Assembly: GCA_944389745.1 (NCBI GenBank)
Contig: CALXNM010000004.1
Span: forward strand, 795-64,794
DNA from: an uncultured Clostridia bacterium
Lineage (GTDB): Bacteria > Bacillota > Clostridia > TANB77 > CAG-508
Length of the DNA stretch: 64,000 bases
Reading direction: 5' to 3'
In this document: piece by piece, positions 1-9,622 of the stretch
Position numbering within the stretch: position 1 is the first letter of the stretch
How the letters are laid out: every line of letters starts with the position of its first letter
The notes under the pieces: model-generated
Told to the model about the DNA's origin: nothing
Seen by the model: only the letters and a program-made list of their open reading frames with translations
Database searches by the model: none
Translations under genes and position numbers: made by a program

Positions 1-1062
1 AAAAGACATTCTTTCGAATATCTAAGAACAATAGCACATCTTAGACCTAGAGCCAATACCTTTAATGCAGTATTTAGAGTAAGATCTATTTTGTCATATG
101 CAATTCATAAATTCTTCCAAGAAAGAGGTTTTGTATATGTTCATACTCCAATTATTACAGGTAGTGATTGTGAAGGTGCTGGTGAGATGTTTAGAGTAAC
201 TAGTCTAGATATGGACAACCTACCAAGAAAAGAAGACAGAACTTTAGACTTTTCTAAAGACTTCTTTGGAAAATCTTCTCATTTAACAGTTAGTGGTCAA
301 TTGGATGTTGAAACATTTGCTCATGCATTTAGAAATGTATATACATTTGGTCCAACATTTAGAGCTGAAGATTCAAATACAGTAAAACATGCTGCAGAGT
401 TCTGGATGATAGAACCTGAAATATGTTTTGCAGATTTAAACGATTATATGGACTTAGCAGAAGAAATGATAAAATACATTACTACATATGTTAGAGAAAA
501 CGCTTCTGAAGAAATGGAATTCTTTAATAAGTTTATAGATACAGGATTATTTGAAAAGTTAGATAATGTAGTAAATTGTGATTTCGGAAGAATTACATAC
601 ACTGATGCAATTAAAGAACTAGAAAAAGTAAATGATAAATTTGAATTTCCTGTTCATTGGGGAACTGACATTCAAACAGAACATGAAAGATATTTAAGTG
701 AAGTAATATTTAAAAAGCCTGTATTTGTTACAGATTATCCAGCAGAAATCAAAGCATTTTATATGAAACAAAATCCTGATGGAAAAACTGTAGCTGCAGC
801 AGATTTATTAGTTGCAGGTATTGGCGAGATTATTGGTGGTAGCCAAAGAGAAGATGATTTTGAAAAATTATCTAATAGAATGAAAGAATTAAATTTATCA
901 GAAAAAGATTATTGGTGGTATATGGATCTAAGACGTTATGGTAGCTGTCCCCATTCAGGTTTTGGTCTAGGATTTGAAAGAATGATGATGTACTTAACAG
1001 GTATGCAAAATATTCGTGATGTTATACCTTTCCCAAGAACACCAAATAATTGTGAATTTTAA
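1..1062 (+). CDS. asnS: Asparagine--tRNA ligase, C-terminal part (5' end lies outside the window)
   Basis: The frame is open from base 1 ([21 protein letters not shown]...). Class II aaRS motifs [21 protein letters not shown] and [12 protein letters not shown] are present, with a typical AsnRS C-terminus. Confidence 0.9.
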   Translation, partial: KRHSFEYLRTIAHLRPRANTFNAVFRVRSILSYAIHKFFQERGFVYVHTPIITGSDCEGAGEMFRVTSLDMDNLPRKEDRTLDFSKDFFGKSSHLTVSGQLDVETFAHAFRNVYTFGPTFRAEDSNTVKHAAEFWMIEPEICFADLNDYMDLAEEMIKYITTYVRENASEEMEFFNKFIDTGLFEKLDNVVNCDFGRITYTDAIKELEKVNDKFEFPVHWGTDIQTEHERYLSEVIFKKPVFVTDYPAEIKAFYMKQNPDGKTVAAADLLVAGIGEIIGGSQREDDFEKLSNRMKELNLSEKDYWWYMDLRRYGSCPHSGFGLGFERMMMYLTGMQNIRDVIPFPRTPNNCEF

Positions 1063-1108
1063 ATAAATTACATAATTATTTTCAATTAATTTAACAAAAC
1101 ATAAAAAT

Positions 1109-1136
1109 AAGGAAATATAAAGTTTCCTTATTTTTT
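1109..1136 (+). terminator. Intrinsic terminator after asnS
   Basis: The aaggaaa/tttcctt hairpin is followed by a T-run. Confidence 0.6.
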
Positions 1137-1158
1137 CGCTGTTTTATCATTACTTAAT

Positions 1159-1187
1159 TTGCAGTTTTTCGCATTTTATGGTATAAT
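1159..1187 (+). promoter_or_regulatory. Sigma-A-like promoter for the GC-rich ORF
   Basis: TTGCAG, a 17-nt spacer, then TATAAT with a TG extension (tatggTATAAT). Confidence 0.55.
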
Positions 1188-1234
1188 ATATATTGTCATT
1201 ATTGGCTATATATTATTATGAGGAGGCTACACCC

Positions 1235-1660
1235 ATGAGACCAGAAGTTTACACCATCAGTTTGCCTTTGTACAAGGCACCAGATCAGCGGTTGGAGGAG
1301 TTTGTAAGCACCTTTGCTTCAGACCCAGCCTTCGTCATGCAGGTTGTTCCCGATCGGGAAGAAGTTTTGTTCGTTCCAAACAACGGAGCCAAGATGCTCA
1401 AGGTTTCCACCAAGCTCTTTCTGAGGGAATCGTCTCGGTCTGCAAATCTTAAGGCTATCAGCCTTTTCTGCAGCAGGTTCAACATGCTGGCTTCGTTTGT
1501 TCCAAACGCAAGCACTCAGCACAAGACGATTTTTCAGTTAGAACTCGATGAGGACAGCGGAGTCTACTATGGCGCTGCAAACTTGCTCATCGCCAGCTTC
1601 AAGGTGACCGATCCAGCTGTCATCCTGACCGTCGACAACCTGTTCAAGCTTCTCTGTTAA
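1235..1660 (+). CDS. Hypothetical 141-aa protein with foreign (GC-rich) codon usage; no family recognised
   Basis: AGGAGG lies 8 nt upstream of the ATG at 1235; the track start at 1193 is a TTG extension. Third positions are GC-biased: all 8 Lys codons are AAG and 6 of 7 Asn codons are AAC. This contrasts with the AAA/AAT-dominated neighbours. Confidence 0.65.
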   Translation: MRPEVYTISLPLYKAPDQRLEEFVSTFASDPAFVMQVVPDREEVLFVPNNGAKMLKVSTKLFLRESSRSANLKAISLFCSRFNMLASFVPNASTQHKTIFQLELDEDSGVYYGAANLLIASFKVTDPAVILTVDNLFKLLC

Positions 1661-1685
1661 GGCACACTCGCCTTTCGAGATGCAA

Positions 1686-1718
1686 AACTCCCCACGCGCT
1701 GCGTGGGGAGTTACTTTT
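1686..1718. terminator. GC-rich hairpin terminator between convergent genes, probably bidirectional
   Basis: The aactccccacgc / gcgtggggagtt stem has T-runs on both strands. Confidence 0.7.
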
Positions 1719-1724
1719 TATTTA

Positions 1725-2000
1725 TTATTCTGCTGAATTTGCTTCAGCCTCAGGAGCTTCATAAGCTTCTAATATAGCTTTTTGAATTTTTTCTCTTGTC
1801 TCTGGATTGATTGGATGAGCTATATCTTTGAATTCTCCGTTTGGAGTTTTTCTACTTGGCATAGCTATGAATAATCCATCTTGACTTTCGATAACTTTTA
1901 TATCGTGTACAACGAATTCATTATCGAATGTTACAGAAGCAACAGCTTTCATTCTGTTCTCTGAATTTACTTTTCTTAAACGTACATCTGTTATTTGCAT
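1725..2000 (-). CDS. spoVG: Septation / stage V sporulation protein SpoVG
   Basis: [11 protein letters not shown]...[14 protein letters not shown]...[21 protein letters not shown] is the canonical SpoVG sequence. The ATG at 2000 fits the GGAAGG RBS better than the GTG at 2009. Confidence 0.9.
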   Translation of the reverse strand: MQITDVRLRKVNSENRMKAVASVTFDNEFVVHDIKVIESQDGLFIAMPSRKTPNGEFKDIAHPINPETREKIQKAILEAYEAPEAEANSAE

Positions 2001-2282
2001 TTTGTGCACCGCCTTCCAAAGTTTTAAAAATTTTGTACATATTGTCTTTTGTTATATACTATGTACACTTATATTATTCGTCAAAAAAACTTTTTTTCCT
2101 TCTTTATTTTTATTTTTTTCTCTATTTTTATTTTCATCAGTATTATAAAATAATTTCAAAACACCATATAAATCACTAAAAAAACATTTTTATCATATAT
2201 TATATTGAAAATATCCGAAAAACATTATATAATATTGACGATATAAAGCTTATTTGTGCCTTAGGAAAGGAATGAGATTAGA

Positions 2283-3662
2283 ATGGCGAATATAGATGAA
2301 TTAAAACAATACAAACACATTCACTTGATAGGAATCGGTGGAGTAAGCATGAGCGGAATAGCTGAGATTTTACATTATTGGGGTTTTGTAGTTACTGGTT
2401 CTGATACTTCTAGCTCAGAAGTAACTGATAAACTAATGAGAAATCATATTCCTGTTACTATAGGTCATGATTTAGAAAATGTAGCTAAATCCAACCTTGT
2501 TGTATATAGCGCTGCAATAAAAAAAGATGACCCAGAATTAGTAAAAGCTAAAGAATTAAATATTCCAATCATTGAGAGAGGAACTTTTTTAGGATTATTA
2601 ACTAAAGCGTTTAAAAACACAATCTGTGTATCTGGAACACATGGAAAAACAACAACTACATCTATGCTTTCTCTTTGTTTTTTAGAAGCTGGAAAAGACC
2701 CTTCTATACAAGTAGGGGCATATTTAAAGCAATTAGATGGAAATTATAGAGTTGGAACTAGTGAATATTTTATAATTGAAGCTTGCGAATATGTAGAGAG
2801 CTACTTAAAGTTATTTCCTAAAACAGAAGTTATTTTAAACATAGATAATGACCATTTAGATTATTTTGGAACTCTAGATAATATAGTTAAATCATTTGGA
2901 AATTACGTTAAACTTCTTCCTGAAGATGGTTTGCTTGTTATAAACTGGGATGATCCAAATTGTATGCAAATTGCCAAAAACACAAATGCTAGAGTTGTAA
3001 CATATGGAATACAAAACCAAAATGCTAATTTTGTTGCAAGAAATATTACTTTCAATAATAATGGATTCCCTACATTTGATGTATATTATAACAATTATTT
3101 CTTTAAAACAATTAGTCTTTCTATTCCAGGAGCTCATAATGTTATGAATGCACTTGCTTGTATTGCAGTATGTAATCAATACGGAATAGAAAAAGAGGAT
3201 ATTAAAAATGCATTATTAAAATATACAGGAGCTCATAGAAGATTTGAATACAAAGGTTCATTTAATAATGTAAATGTATATGATGATTATGGTCATCATC
3301 CAACAGAAATTTTAGCAACAGCTAATGCATTAAAACAAAAAAAATATAATAAATCATGGGTTATATTCCAACCACATACATATAGTAGAACAAAAAACTT
3401 GTTAAATGATTTTGCAAATGTTTTAACAAATTTCGATCATATAATTGTAACAGATATCTATGCAGCAAGAGAATCAAATACATATAATATTTCTTCAAAA
3501 GATTTAGTTGATAAAATAAAAAGCAATGGATATCAAGCTAAATACATTGCTGATTTTAATGAAATCGTAAAATATGTTAAAGATAATGCTAAACCAAATG
3601 ATATTGTTCTTACTTTAGGAGCAGGTACTATTACTAATTTAGGACCTATGCTTGTTGATTAA
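2283..3662 (+). CDS. murC: UDP-N-acetylmuramate--L-alanine ligase
   Basis: HLIGIGGVSMSGIAEIL and GTHGKTTTTSM Mur-ligase motifs are present; the 459-aa length fits. Confidence 0.93.
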   Translation: MANIDELKQYKHIHLIGIGGVSMSGIAEILHYWGFVVTGSDTSSSEVTDKLMRNHIPVTIGHDLENVAKSNLVVYSAAIKKDDPELVKAKELNIPIIERGTFLGLLTKAFKNTICVSGTHGKTTTTSMLSLCFLEAGKDPSIQVGAYLKQLDGNYRVGTSEYFIIEACEYVESYLKLFPKTEVILNIDNDHLDYFGTLDNIVKSFGNYVKLLPEDGLLVINWDDPNCMQIAKNTNARVVTYGIQNQNANFVARNITFNNNGFPTFDVYYNNYFFKTISLSIPGAHNVMNALACIAVCNQYGIEKEDIKNALLKYTGAHRRFEYKGSFNNVNVYDDYGHHPTEILATANALKQKKYNKSWVIFQPHTYSRTKNLLNDFANVLTNFDHIIVTDIYAARESNTYNISSKDLVDKIKSNGYQAKYIADFNEIVKYVKDNAKPNDIVLTLGAGTITNLGPMLVD

Positions 3663-3681
3663 TAAATAATAATAAAAAAAA

Positions 3682-3722
3682 TCTATTAATAATGTTAAGA
3701 ATTTATTAATAGACTTTTTTTA
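3682..3722 (+). terminator. Intrinsic terminator after murC
   Basis: The tctattaataa...ttattaataga hairpin is followed by a T-run. Confidence 0.6.
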
Positions 3723-3757
3723 TTTATATGATATAATAATTTTCAAGAGGTGATATT

Positions 3758-4526
3758 TTGAAAACAATACGAAATATACTACTAATTATACTATTAATCG
3801 TTATAGTATCCCGGTTTAATTTTATATATTTCTGGAGATAATATGTATAATGAAGCATTAGATGGAAGAACATTAGAAGAAGTTATCTCAGAAATAAAGT
3901 CAAACCCTAATTATATAAAATATGAAGATTTACCTCAAAATTATATAAATGCTGTTATTGCTGTAGAAGACCATAGATTTAGAGAACATGGTGCAATTGA
4001 TTTAGTAGCTATTGCTAGAGCAATATATATAAATGTTACAAATTTTGAATTATTAGAAGGTGGTAGCACCATTACTCAACAAGTTGCTAAAAACATTTTT
4101 TATATAGAGAATTCAAATCCTGTTCCAAGGAAAATAGCTGAAATTATAACTGCTTTTGACCTAGAAAAGTATTATACCAAGGATGAAATTATAGAATTAT
4201 ATGTAAATACTATTTACTTTGGTGATGGATATTATGGTATTGAAGAAGCTTGTCAAGGATATTTAGGCAAATCTGCAACAGAAATGAATTTACAAGATTG
4301 CACAATGATGGCAGGAATACCAAATGCCCCAAGTGTATATGCTCCAACAGTAAATCCAGATTTAACTAGAAGTAGACAAGAAAAAGTGATTTCAGACATG
4401 AAAGAATATGGTTATCTTTCTGAAGAAGATTCACAAAACTTATTAAATAGTCTTGATAAATATTATGAGAATTTTGTAACCCAAAATTCTCATTTTTTTA
4501 CACAAACTCTTCCCACACTAAATTAG
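3758..4526 (+). pseudogene. Monofunctional peptidoglycan glycosyltransferase (GT51) with its TM anchor in a different frame from the catalytic domain
   Basis: The catalytic ORF 3843-4526 has the GT51 motifs AVIAVEDHRFxxHGAID and GGSTITQQVAKN. A 27-codon ORF (TTG at 3758 after a GAGGTG RBS) encodes a TM anchor, MKTIRNILLIILLIVIVS..., and stops at 3839-3841. The catalytic frame is open back to 3807 in the +1 frame. Confidence 0.6.
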
Positions 4527-5673
4527 CTAAGTCTAATCCCCTATCTGTTAGTCTTATAAAGTTGCCATCAACAACTATTAATTTTTCTCTTATTAATTTA
4601 TCTATTTCTTGTCTAAATAAATATAACGGACTTTGGATAAACTTATTCTTAAAGGTATCTATATTTACTCCCTCTAGTTTTCTTAAGCCTAAAATCATGT
4701 ATTCTTTCATTTTACTTTCTTGATTCTGTTTTTCATGAAAAACTAAATTATCAATGTCCTTCCCATTTTTGTAATTAGATATATATTCTTCAACACTATC
4801 AATATTTGAATACCTTACATTATTTGAATATGAATGTGCTGCAGCACCAACTCCTATGTATTCTTCCTGATTCCAACATGATAAATTATGTTTAGATTCA
4901 AATCCTTTTTTTGCAAAATTAGATATTTCATAATGTATAAATCCCGCTTTTTCTAGCATTTCTTTTGTTTTCCAATACATTTTTCTTTCCAAATCATCAT
5001 CTGGCAATTCATATTTATTTTCTTCTTCCACTTCTTTATATAATTTAGTTCCTTCTTCTAATATAAGTGAATATATTGATACATGCTCTGGATTTAAATT
5101 TACAACTCTTCCTACCCCATCTATTAATTCAACCATAGTCTGTTCTGGTAATGCTAACATTAAATCTACATTAATGTTATTAAATCCTATTTTTCTTGCT
5201 AAACTATATGTATTTAAAAATTCTTCATAAGTATGAATTCTTCCTATTCTTTTTAAAGTATTATTGTTAGTAGATTGTAATCCTATACTTAATCTGTTTA
5301 TTCCCGCTTCCCTATAATCTCTTAATTTCTCTTCATTTACAGTCCCAGGGTTAACTTCTAATGTTATCTCTACATCATCATCAATTCTAATGTTTTGTTT
5401 TATTTCATTAATTATCTCCTTTATATATTTACTATCTATAACTGAAGGAGTTCCACCTCCAATATAAATAGTTTTTACATTTATTAAATCATCTTTTCCT
5501 TCTTTATAATCATGTAAATTTGAAATACCTATATCTCTTATTTCATATTTTACACACTTAACATATCTATCTATTAAATGCTCTTTGTTAGAATATGATA
5601 TAAAATCACAATATTTACACTTACTTTTGCAAAAAGGTATATGTATATATAGTCCCATGTTTTTTGTTTTCAT
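4498..5673 (-). CDS. hemW: Radical SAM heme chaperone HemW / HemN-like coproporphyrinogen oxidase family
   Basis: LYIHIPFCKSKCKYCDF (CxxxCxxC), GGGTPS and a HemN C-terminal domain are present. Confidence 0.8.
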   Translation of the reverse strand: MKTKNMGLYIHIPFCKSKCKYCDFISYSNKEHLIDRYVKCVKYEIRDIGISNLHDYKEGKDDLINVKTIYIGGGTPSVIDSKYIKEIINEIKQNIRIDDDVEITLEVNPGTVNEEKLRDYREAGINRLSIGLQSTNNNTLKRIGRIHTYEEFLNTYSLARKIGFNNINVDLMLALPEQTMVELIDGVGRVVNLNPEHVSIYSLILEEGTKLYKEVEEENKYELPDDDLERKMYWKTKEMLEKAGFIHYEISNFAKKGFESKHNLSCWNQEEYIGVGAAAHSYSNNVRYSNIDSVEEYISNYKNGKDIDNLVFHEKQNQESKMKEYMILGLRKLEGVNIDTFKNKFIQSPLYLFRQEIDKLIREKLIVVDGNFIRLTDRGLDLANLVWEEFV

Positions 5674-5727
5674 TTTTAGTTTTATTCCTTTCTAAAACCT
5701 TAATATTTCCGGAAAATAGTTTTGCTT

Positions 5728-6582
5728 TTACAATGCCATTTTTACTAAAGTATTTAACCTATAATTTACTCCTGATTTTCCTATAGGTTCTTTTAACATT
5801 TTTCCAAGCTCTGTAAGTGATGCCTCTGGATTTTCTATTCTTAATTCAGCAAGCTCTTTTAAATTGTCTGGAAGACTATTAAATTTTCCTTCTTCTTTTA
5901 GCTTTTTTATTGCTTCTATTTGTTTTATTGCAGCATTTACAGTTTTATTTAAATTAGCAGTTTCACAATTCACAATTCTATTCACATTGTTTCTCATATC
6001 TCTATATACTCTAATCTCTTCAAATTTTATTACAGCCTTATTGGCTCCAATAAAAGCTAAAAACTTCGATATTTCTTCCCCATCTTTTGAATATATAGAA
6101 TTCTTAGTTTTACTATTTAATATTTTAAAAGTTATTCCGTACTTTTTTAATATGTTAATTATTGTTTCTGCAATCTTTATATTGTTTAATATTATTTCAA
6201 TATGATATTTATTTTTAGGATTATTAATTGAACCACTTCCTAAAAATACTCCTCTTACAAAAGCTCTTTCTTCATTTTCCCTAGGAAGCATTTCATAATT
6301 CTTATATAAAATTTCTATTTTGTTTTTTTCTTTGTTTGGTATTGTAATATTATAATTCTTACCATTAATATCAATACTATATTCGATAATATTAACATTA
6401 TTTAATAATTTGCTAAATCTATTAATATTATATTCGCTTTCTGTTGTAAACTTTAAATTGTTTTCATTTATTGAAAAGTTAACAGTATTTATATATCCAT
6501 ACAATTCTGCTTTAACACAGTTTTTATCAGCTAAATTGCTTAACTTACTTAATTCTTCTTTTACCTCTGTTGAAAATGACAT
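5728..6582 (-). CDS. whiA: DNA-binding protein WhiA
   Basis: MSFSTEVKEELS N-terminus, an FVRGVFLGSGSINNP LAGLIDADG-like core and a C-terminal HTH. Confidence 0.85.
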   Translation of the reverse strand: MSFSTEVKEELSKLSNLADKNCVKAELYGYINTVNFSINENNLKFTTESEYNINRFSKLLNNVNIIEYSIDINGKNYNITIPNKEKNKIEILYKNYEMLPRENEERAFVRGVFLGSGSINNPKNKYHIEIILNNIKIAETIINILKKYGITFKILNSKTKNSIYSKDGEEISKFLAFIGANKAVIKFEEIRVYRDMRNNVNRIVNCETANLNKTVNAAIKQIEAIKKLKEEGKFNSLPDNLKELAELRIENPEASLTELGKMLKEPIGKSGVNYRLNTLVKMAL

Positions 6583-6586
6583 TTTA

Positions 6587-7426
6587 TCAACTCTTTTCTA
6601 TTTTTATTACTCTATCTATATTAGATAAATCTTTATATATTTCAATATTTTTATAGTTATTATTTTCTTTAAATAAATCTACCACTGTCTTATTCTGATT
6701 ATATCCTATTTCTAACAAAATAACTCCATTATTTTTCAAAAATTTATATCCTTCATCTCGTATTATCCTATAATATGTAAGCCCATCTTCTCCTCCGTCA
6801 AGTGCAAGTCTCGGTTCATTTTGTACATCTTTTGGCAATCTTTTTAGTTCTTTAGTTTCTATATATGGAGGATTAGAAACTATCAAATCAAATTCTATAT
6901 TCTTTATATTCTCAAACATATCAGATTCTATAAAATGAATATCAGTATCATTGTTTTTTGCATTTAATTTGGCAATTTCTAATGCTTTTTTGCTTATATC
7001 TAATGCATAAACAGTCGCATTTTTCATGTATTTTTTAATCGATACGGCTATAGCTCCGCTTCCTGTACACAAATCTAATATAGATATATTCTTGCTTTTC
7101 TTAATTATATCTATTGCTTTTTCTACTAATATTTCTGTATCAGGTTGTGGTATTAACACATTCTCATCTACATAAAAATTTAATTTCATAAATTCCTGAG
7201 AATTTGTAATATATTGTAATGGTTTGCCTTGTATTATTTCATCTATCAATACTAAATATTTTTCTTCTAAGTTTGCATCTACTAAATTATTTTCATTTAT
7301 CAGTAAATCTGTTTTATTCATATTTAACACATATTGTAATAATTTATCTGCTTTAAACATTACATCATCTATATTATTATCCTCTAATTTTTTAATACCT
7401 ATTCTCTTTAATTCTTTAATTTTCAA
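6587..7426 (-). CDS. prmC: Peptide chain release factor N5-glutamine methyltransferase
   Basis: LDLCTGSGAIA SAM-binding motif and the NPPY motif (VSNPPYI). Confidence 0.85.
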   Translation of the reverse strand: MKIKELKRIGIKKLEDNNIDDVMFKADKLLQYVLNMNKTDLLINENNLVDANLEEKYLVLIDEIIQGKPLQYITNSQEFMKLNFYVDENVLIPQPDTEILVEKAIDIIKKSKNISILDLCTGSGAIAVSIKKYMKNATVYALDISKKALEIAKLNAKNNDTDIHFIESDMFENIKNIEFDLIVSNPPYIETKELKRLPKDVQNEPRLALDGGEDGLTYYRIIRDEGYKFLKNNGVILLEIGYNQNKTVVDLFKENNNYKNIEIYKDLSNIDRVIKIEKS

Positions 7427-7459
7427 TTATTTCCTCCAAAACCCAAAAATCACGGACAT

Positions 7460-7655
7460 AAAAATACCCCCACACTAGCCGTAAGATGAATGAAATTTTA
7501 AGAGCCTGCTTTCACAGGTGGGTGTCTTGTTGAATGCTTCTGGGTTTCTTACATAAATGCAAGCATACACGCCACATTCAAAGGCGGACTCCCTTTAATC
7601 TTTTGTTGGTTCTAAAATTCCAGTCTACACGCACTACGCAGGGAATATTCAATAT
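7460..7655 (-). ncRNA. GC-rich structured intergenic RNA candidate of about 190 nt; best guess is 6S RNA
   Basis: GC content is clearly higher than in the flanks. An upstream promoter (TTGAAA, 17 nt, TGgTAAGAT) overlaps the truB 3' end. On the minus strand, 5' CCCUGCGU pairs with 3' GUGUGGGG followed by a U-run. An inner helix, GGAAUUUUAGA / UCUUAAAAUUUC (7608-7621 with 7492-7506), contains G-U pairs that exist only on this strand. An internal CCUG-UGAAAG-CAGG hairpin is present. Confidence 0.4.
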
Positions 7656-7688
7656 TATTAATTTATATATATCTTACCATATTACTTT

Positions 7689-8624
7689 TTATTTTTCAAC
7701 TATTATTTCTCTTTTTAATAAATTATTTAAAAGACTTCCTATGCCAATAAATTCGTTTTTCTCGTTATATATTCTATAATCTCCATTTTTTAAGTAAATA
7801 TTCAGCTTGACACCATTTAGAAATAATTTCATTTTTTTTTCATTTAAAATAATTTTTTCTGCATTTTTGTATTTTATAAAAAATGTTTCTATATCTATAA
7901 TATGGTTTTTCATATAATCTCTGTCTTCTTTATGAGCCTCTAATTCATCTACAGTAATACTTTCATTAATATTAAACTGGCCAACTACCGTTCTTTTAAG
8001 CTCTTTCATATATCCTACAGTTCCAAGTTTTACAGCTATATCTTCGCATAAACTTCTTATATATGTTCCTTTAGAACATTCTACAGAAAAATCGATCTCT
8101 TTTTCTTGTTCAGATATATCACTTAGCTCTATATCATATATTTCAATTTCTCGTGGTTTTACTTCTACCTGAATATTCTTTCTAGCATATTCATATAATT
8201 TTTTTCCATTTACTTTTATGGCAGAATACATTGGTGGAATTTGTTCTTGCTTACCAACAAAACTTTTTAAAATTTCTTCTACATGTTCTTTTGATAACAT
8301 ATTTTCATCTACTACTTCTTCTTGAACAACTTCTCCTTCTGAATCTGCTGTATCAGTTTTTATTCCTAATTTTAATTTTACTAAATATTTTTTATCATGA
8401 TTAATTAGATAAGATGATAATTTTGTACCTTGTCCAATTAATATAGGTAATAATCCTGTGGCATTTGGATCTAAAGTTCCAGTATGTCCAGTTTTTTCAT
8501 TGAAAATATGTTTTATTTTATTTACTATGTCATGTGATGTACATCCTTTGCCCTTATCTATTAATATAATTCCGTCTATATGTATCACCTTCTTTTTAAT
8601 ATTATAGGGATAAATCTTTGACAA
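7689..8624 (-). CDS. truB: tRNA pseudouridine(55) synthase
   Basis: GHTGTLDP catalytic motif and a PUA-like C-terminus. Confidence 0.9.
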   Translation of the reverse strand: MSKIYPYNIKKKVIHIDGIILIDKGKGCTSHDIVNKIKHIFNEKTGHTGTLDPNATGLLPILIGQGTKLSSYLINHDKKYLVKLKLGIKTDTADSEGEVVQEEVVDENMLSKEHVEEILKSFVGKQEQIPPMYSAIKVNGKKLYEYARKNIQVEVKPREIEIYDIELSDISEQEKEIDFSVECSKGTYIRSLCEDIAVKLGTVGYMKELKRTVVGQFNINESITVDELEAHKEDRDYMKNHIIDIETFFIKYKNAEKIILNEKKMKLFLNGVKLNIYLKNGDYRIYNEKNEFIGIGSLLNNLLKREIIVEK

Positions 8625-8656
8625 AGTTGAAGTCTAGATTCATCCCTAATTATATC

Positions 8657-9622
8657 TTATTTTATTACACTTTTTAATTGTCTTAATATTTTATCTTTTG
8701 CCTGTTCTATTGTACATTGCATTGAACATCCTGCAGCACGCATATGTCCTCCGCCACCTAGTAACAGACATACATCAGATACATTAACATATTCGTTTGA
8801 TCTCATAGAAACTCTGCATCCTTTATCAGTTTGTCTTAAGAATACAGAAACTTCTACACCTTCAATATCTCTTCCTATTTCTACAATTCCCTCATGGTCT
8901 CCATTTTCTGCATTAACACTTTCTTCGTCTTCTTTTGTTATATATGTAAATGCTATTTTCCCATCTTCAAAAAACTCTAATCTATTAGCAGCAATTTTTC
9001 TTAATTCAAAATTTGCTCTAGTTTTAGTTTGCAATACTTTTTTATATATTTTAGAAACATTAATTCCTTTGTTTAATAATCCTGCTACTAACTCAAATGT
9101 TTCAGCTGTAACACCAGAATACTTAAATCCTCCAGTATCTGTGATTATTCCTGTTAATAAACATGTGCCAATCTCCTTAGTAATTTCCATTTTGAAATAC
9201 TCTAATGCTATTAAAACTATTTGAGCACAAGCTGGTGCATCACCACTCACATAATTATAGTCTCCATACATTGTATTAGTATTATGGTGGTCTATTGTTA
9301 TTTTAACTTTTGCATCTTCAAAATAATTTGCAAAACCATTAAGCATTTTTATCGTGGCACAGTCCAAAGAAATTGCTAAATCATACTTAGCAACATCTGA
9401 TTCTTTTTTTATTTCGTCAACTCCTGCTAAAAAGTCAAATGTACGTGGAAATTCCGGAATTATTATATCCGGTTTTTTTCCATAATTCTTTAACGCATTA
9501 TATAAGGCAAGACTTGAACCTATTGCATCTCCATCTGGGTTTTCATGTGTTAAAATAACTATCGACTCCGCCTTATCAATTTCTTCTAAAATATTATCTA
9601 ATGTACTCATATTTAATTTCAT
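8657..9622 (-). CDS. nrnA: DHH/DHHA1 phosphoesterase, NrnA-like oligoribonuclease / pAp phosphatase
   Basis: HENPDGDAIGS, DHH (IDHHN) and GGGGH motifs, in the conserved position between rbfA and truB. Confidence 0.75.
   Translation of the reverse strand: MKLNMSTLDNILEEIDKAESIVILTHENPDGDAIGSSLALYNALKNYGKKPDIIIPEFPRTFDFLAGVDEIKKESDVAKYDLAISLDCATIKMLNGFANYFEDAKVKITIDHHNTNTMYGDYNYVSGDAPACAQIVLIALEYFKMEITKEIGTCLLTGIITDTGGFKYSGVTAETFELVAGLLNKGINVSKIYKKVLQTKTRANFELRKIAANRLEFFEDGKIAFTYITKEDEESVNAENGDHEGIVEIGRDIEGVEVSVFLRQTDKGCRVSMRSNEYVNVSDVCLLLGGGGHMRAAGCSMQCTIEQAKDKILRQLKSVIK

Noticed and set aside
1285-1522. Minus-strand ORFs of 76 and 67 aa lie inside the GC-rich gene.
   Set aside because: Open antisense frames are expected in GC-rich DNA. 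They have no RBS and lie fully inside a better-supported sense ORF.
1193-1720. The GC-rich segment might be a large structured ncRNA (RNase P RNA, tmRNA, SRP RNA or an OLE/ROOL-like RNA) rather than a gene.
   Set aside because: The GC enrichment is concentrated at third codon positions of one long frame with a perfect AGGAGG-ATG start. I found none of the conserved motifs of RNase P (GAGGAAAGUCC), tmRNA (tRNA-like ends, ...CCACCA) or SRP (GGAAGCAGC).
1928-2179. An 83-aa plus-strand ORF lies in the spoVG-murC intergenic region.
   Set aside because: It overlaps the spoVG 5' end in antisense and then runs through AT-rich promoter DNA. Its translation is low-complexity (Leu/Phe/Tyr).
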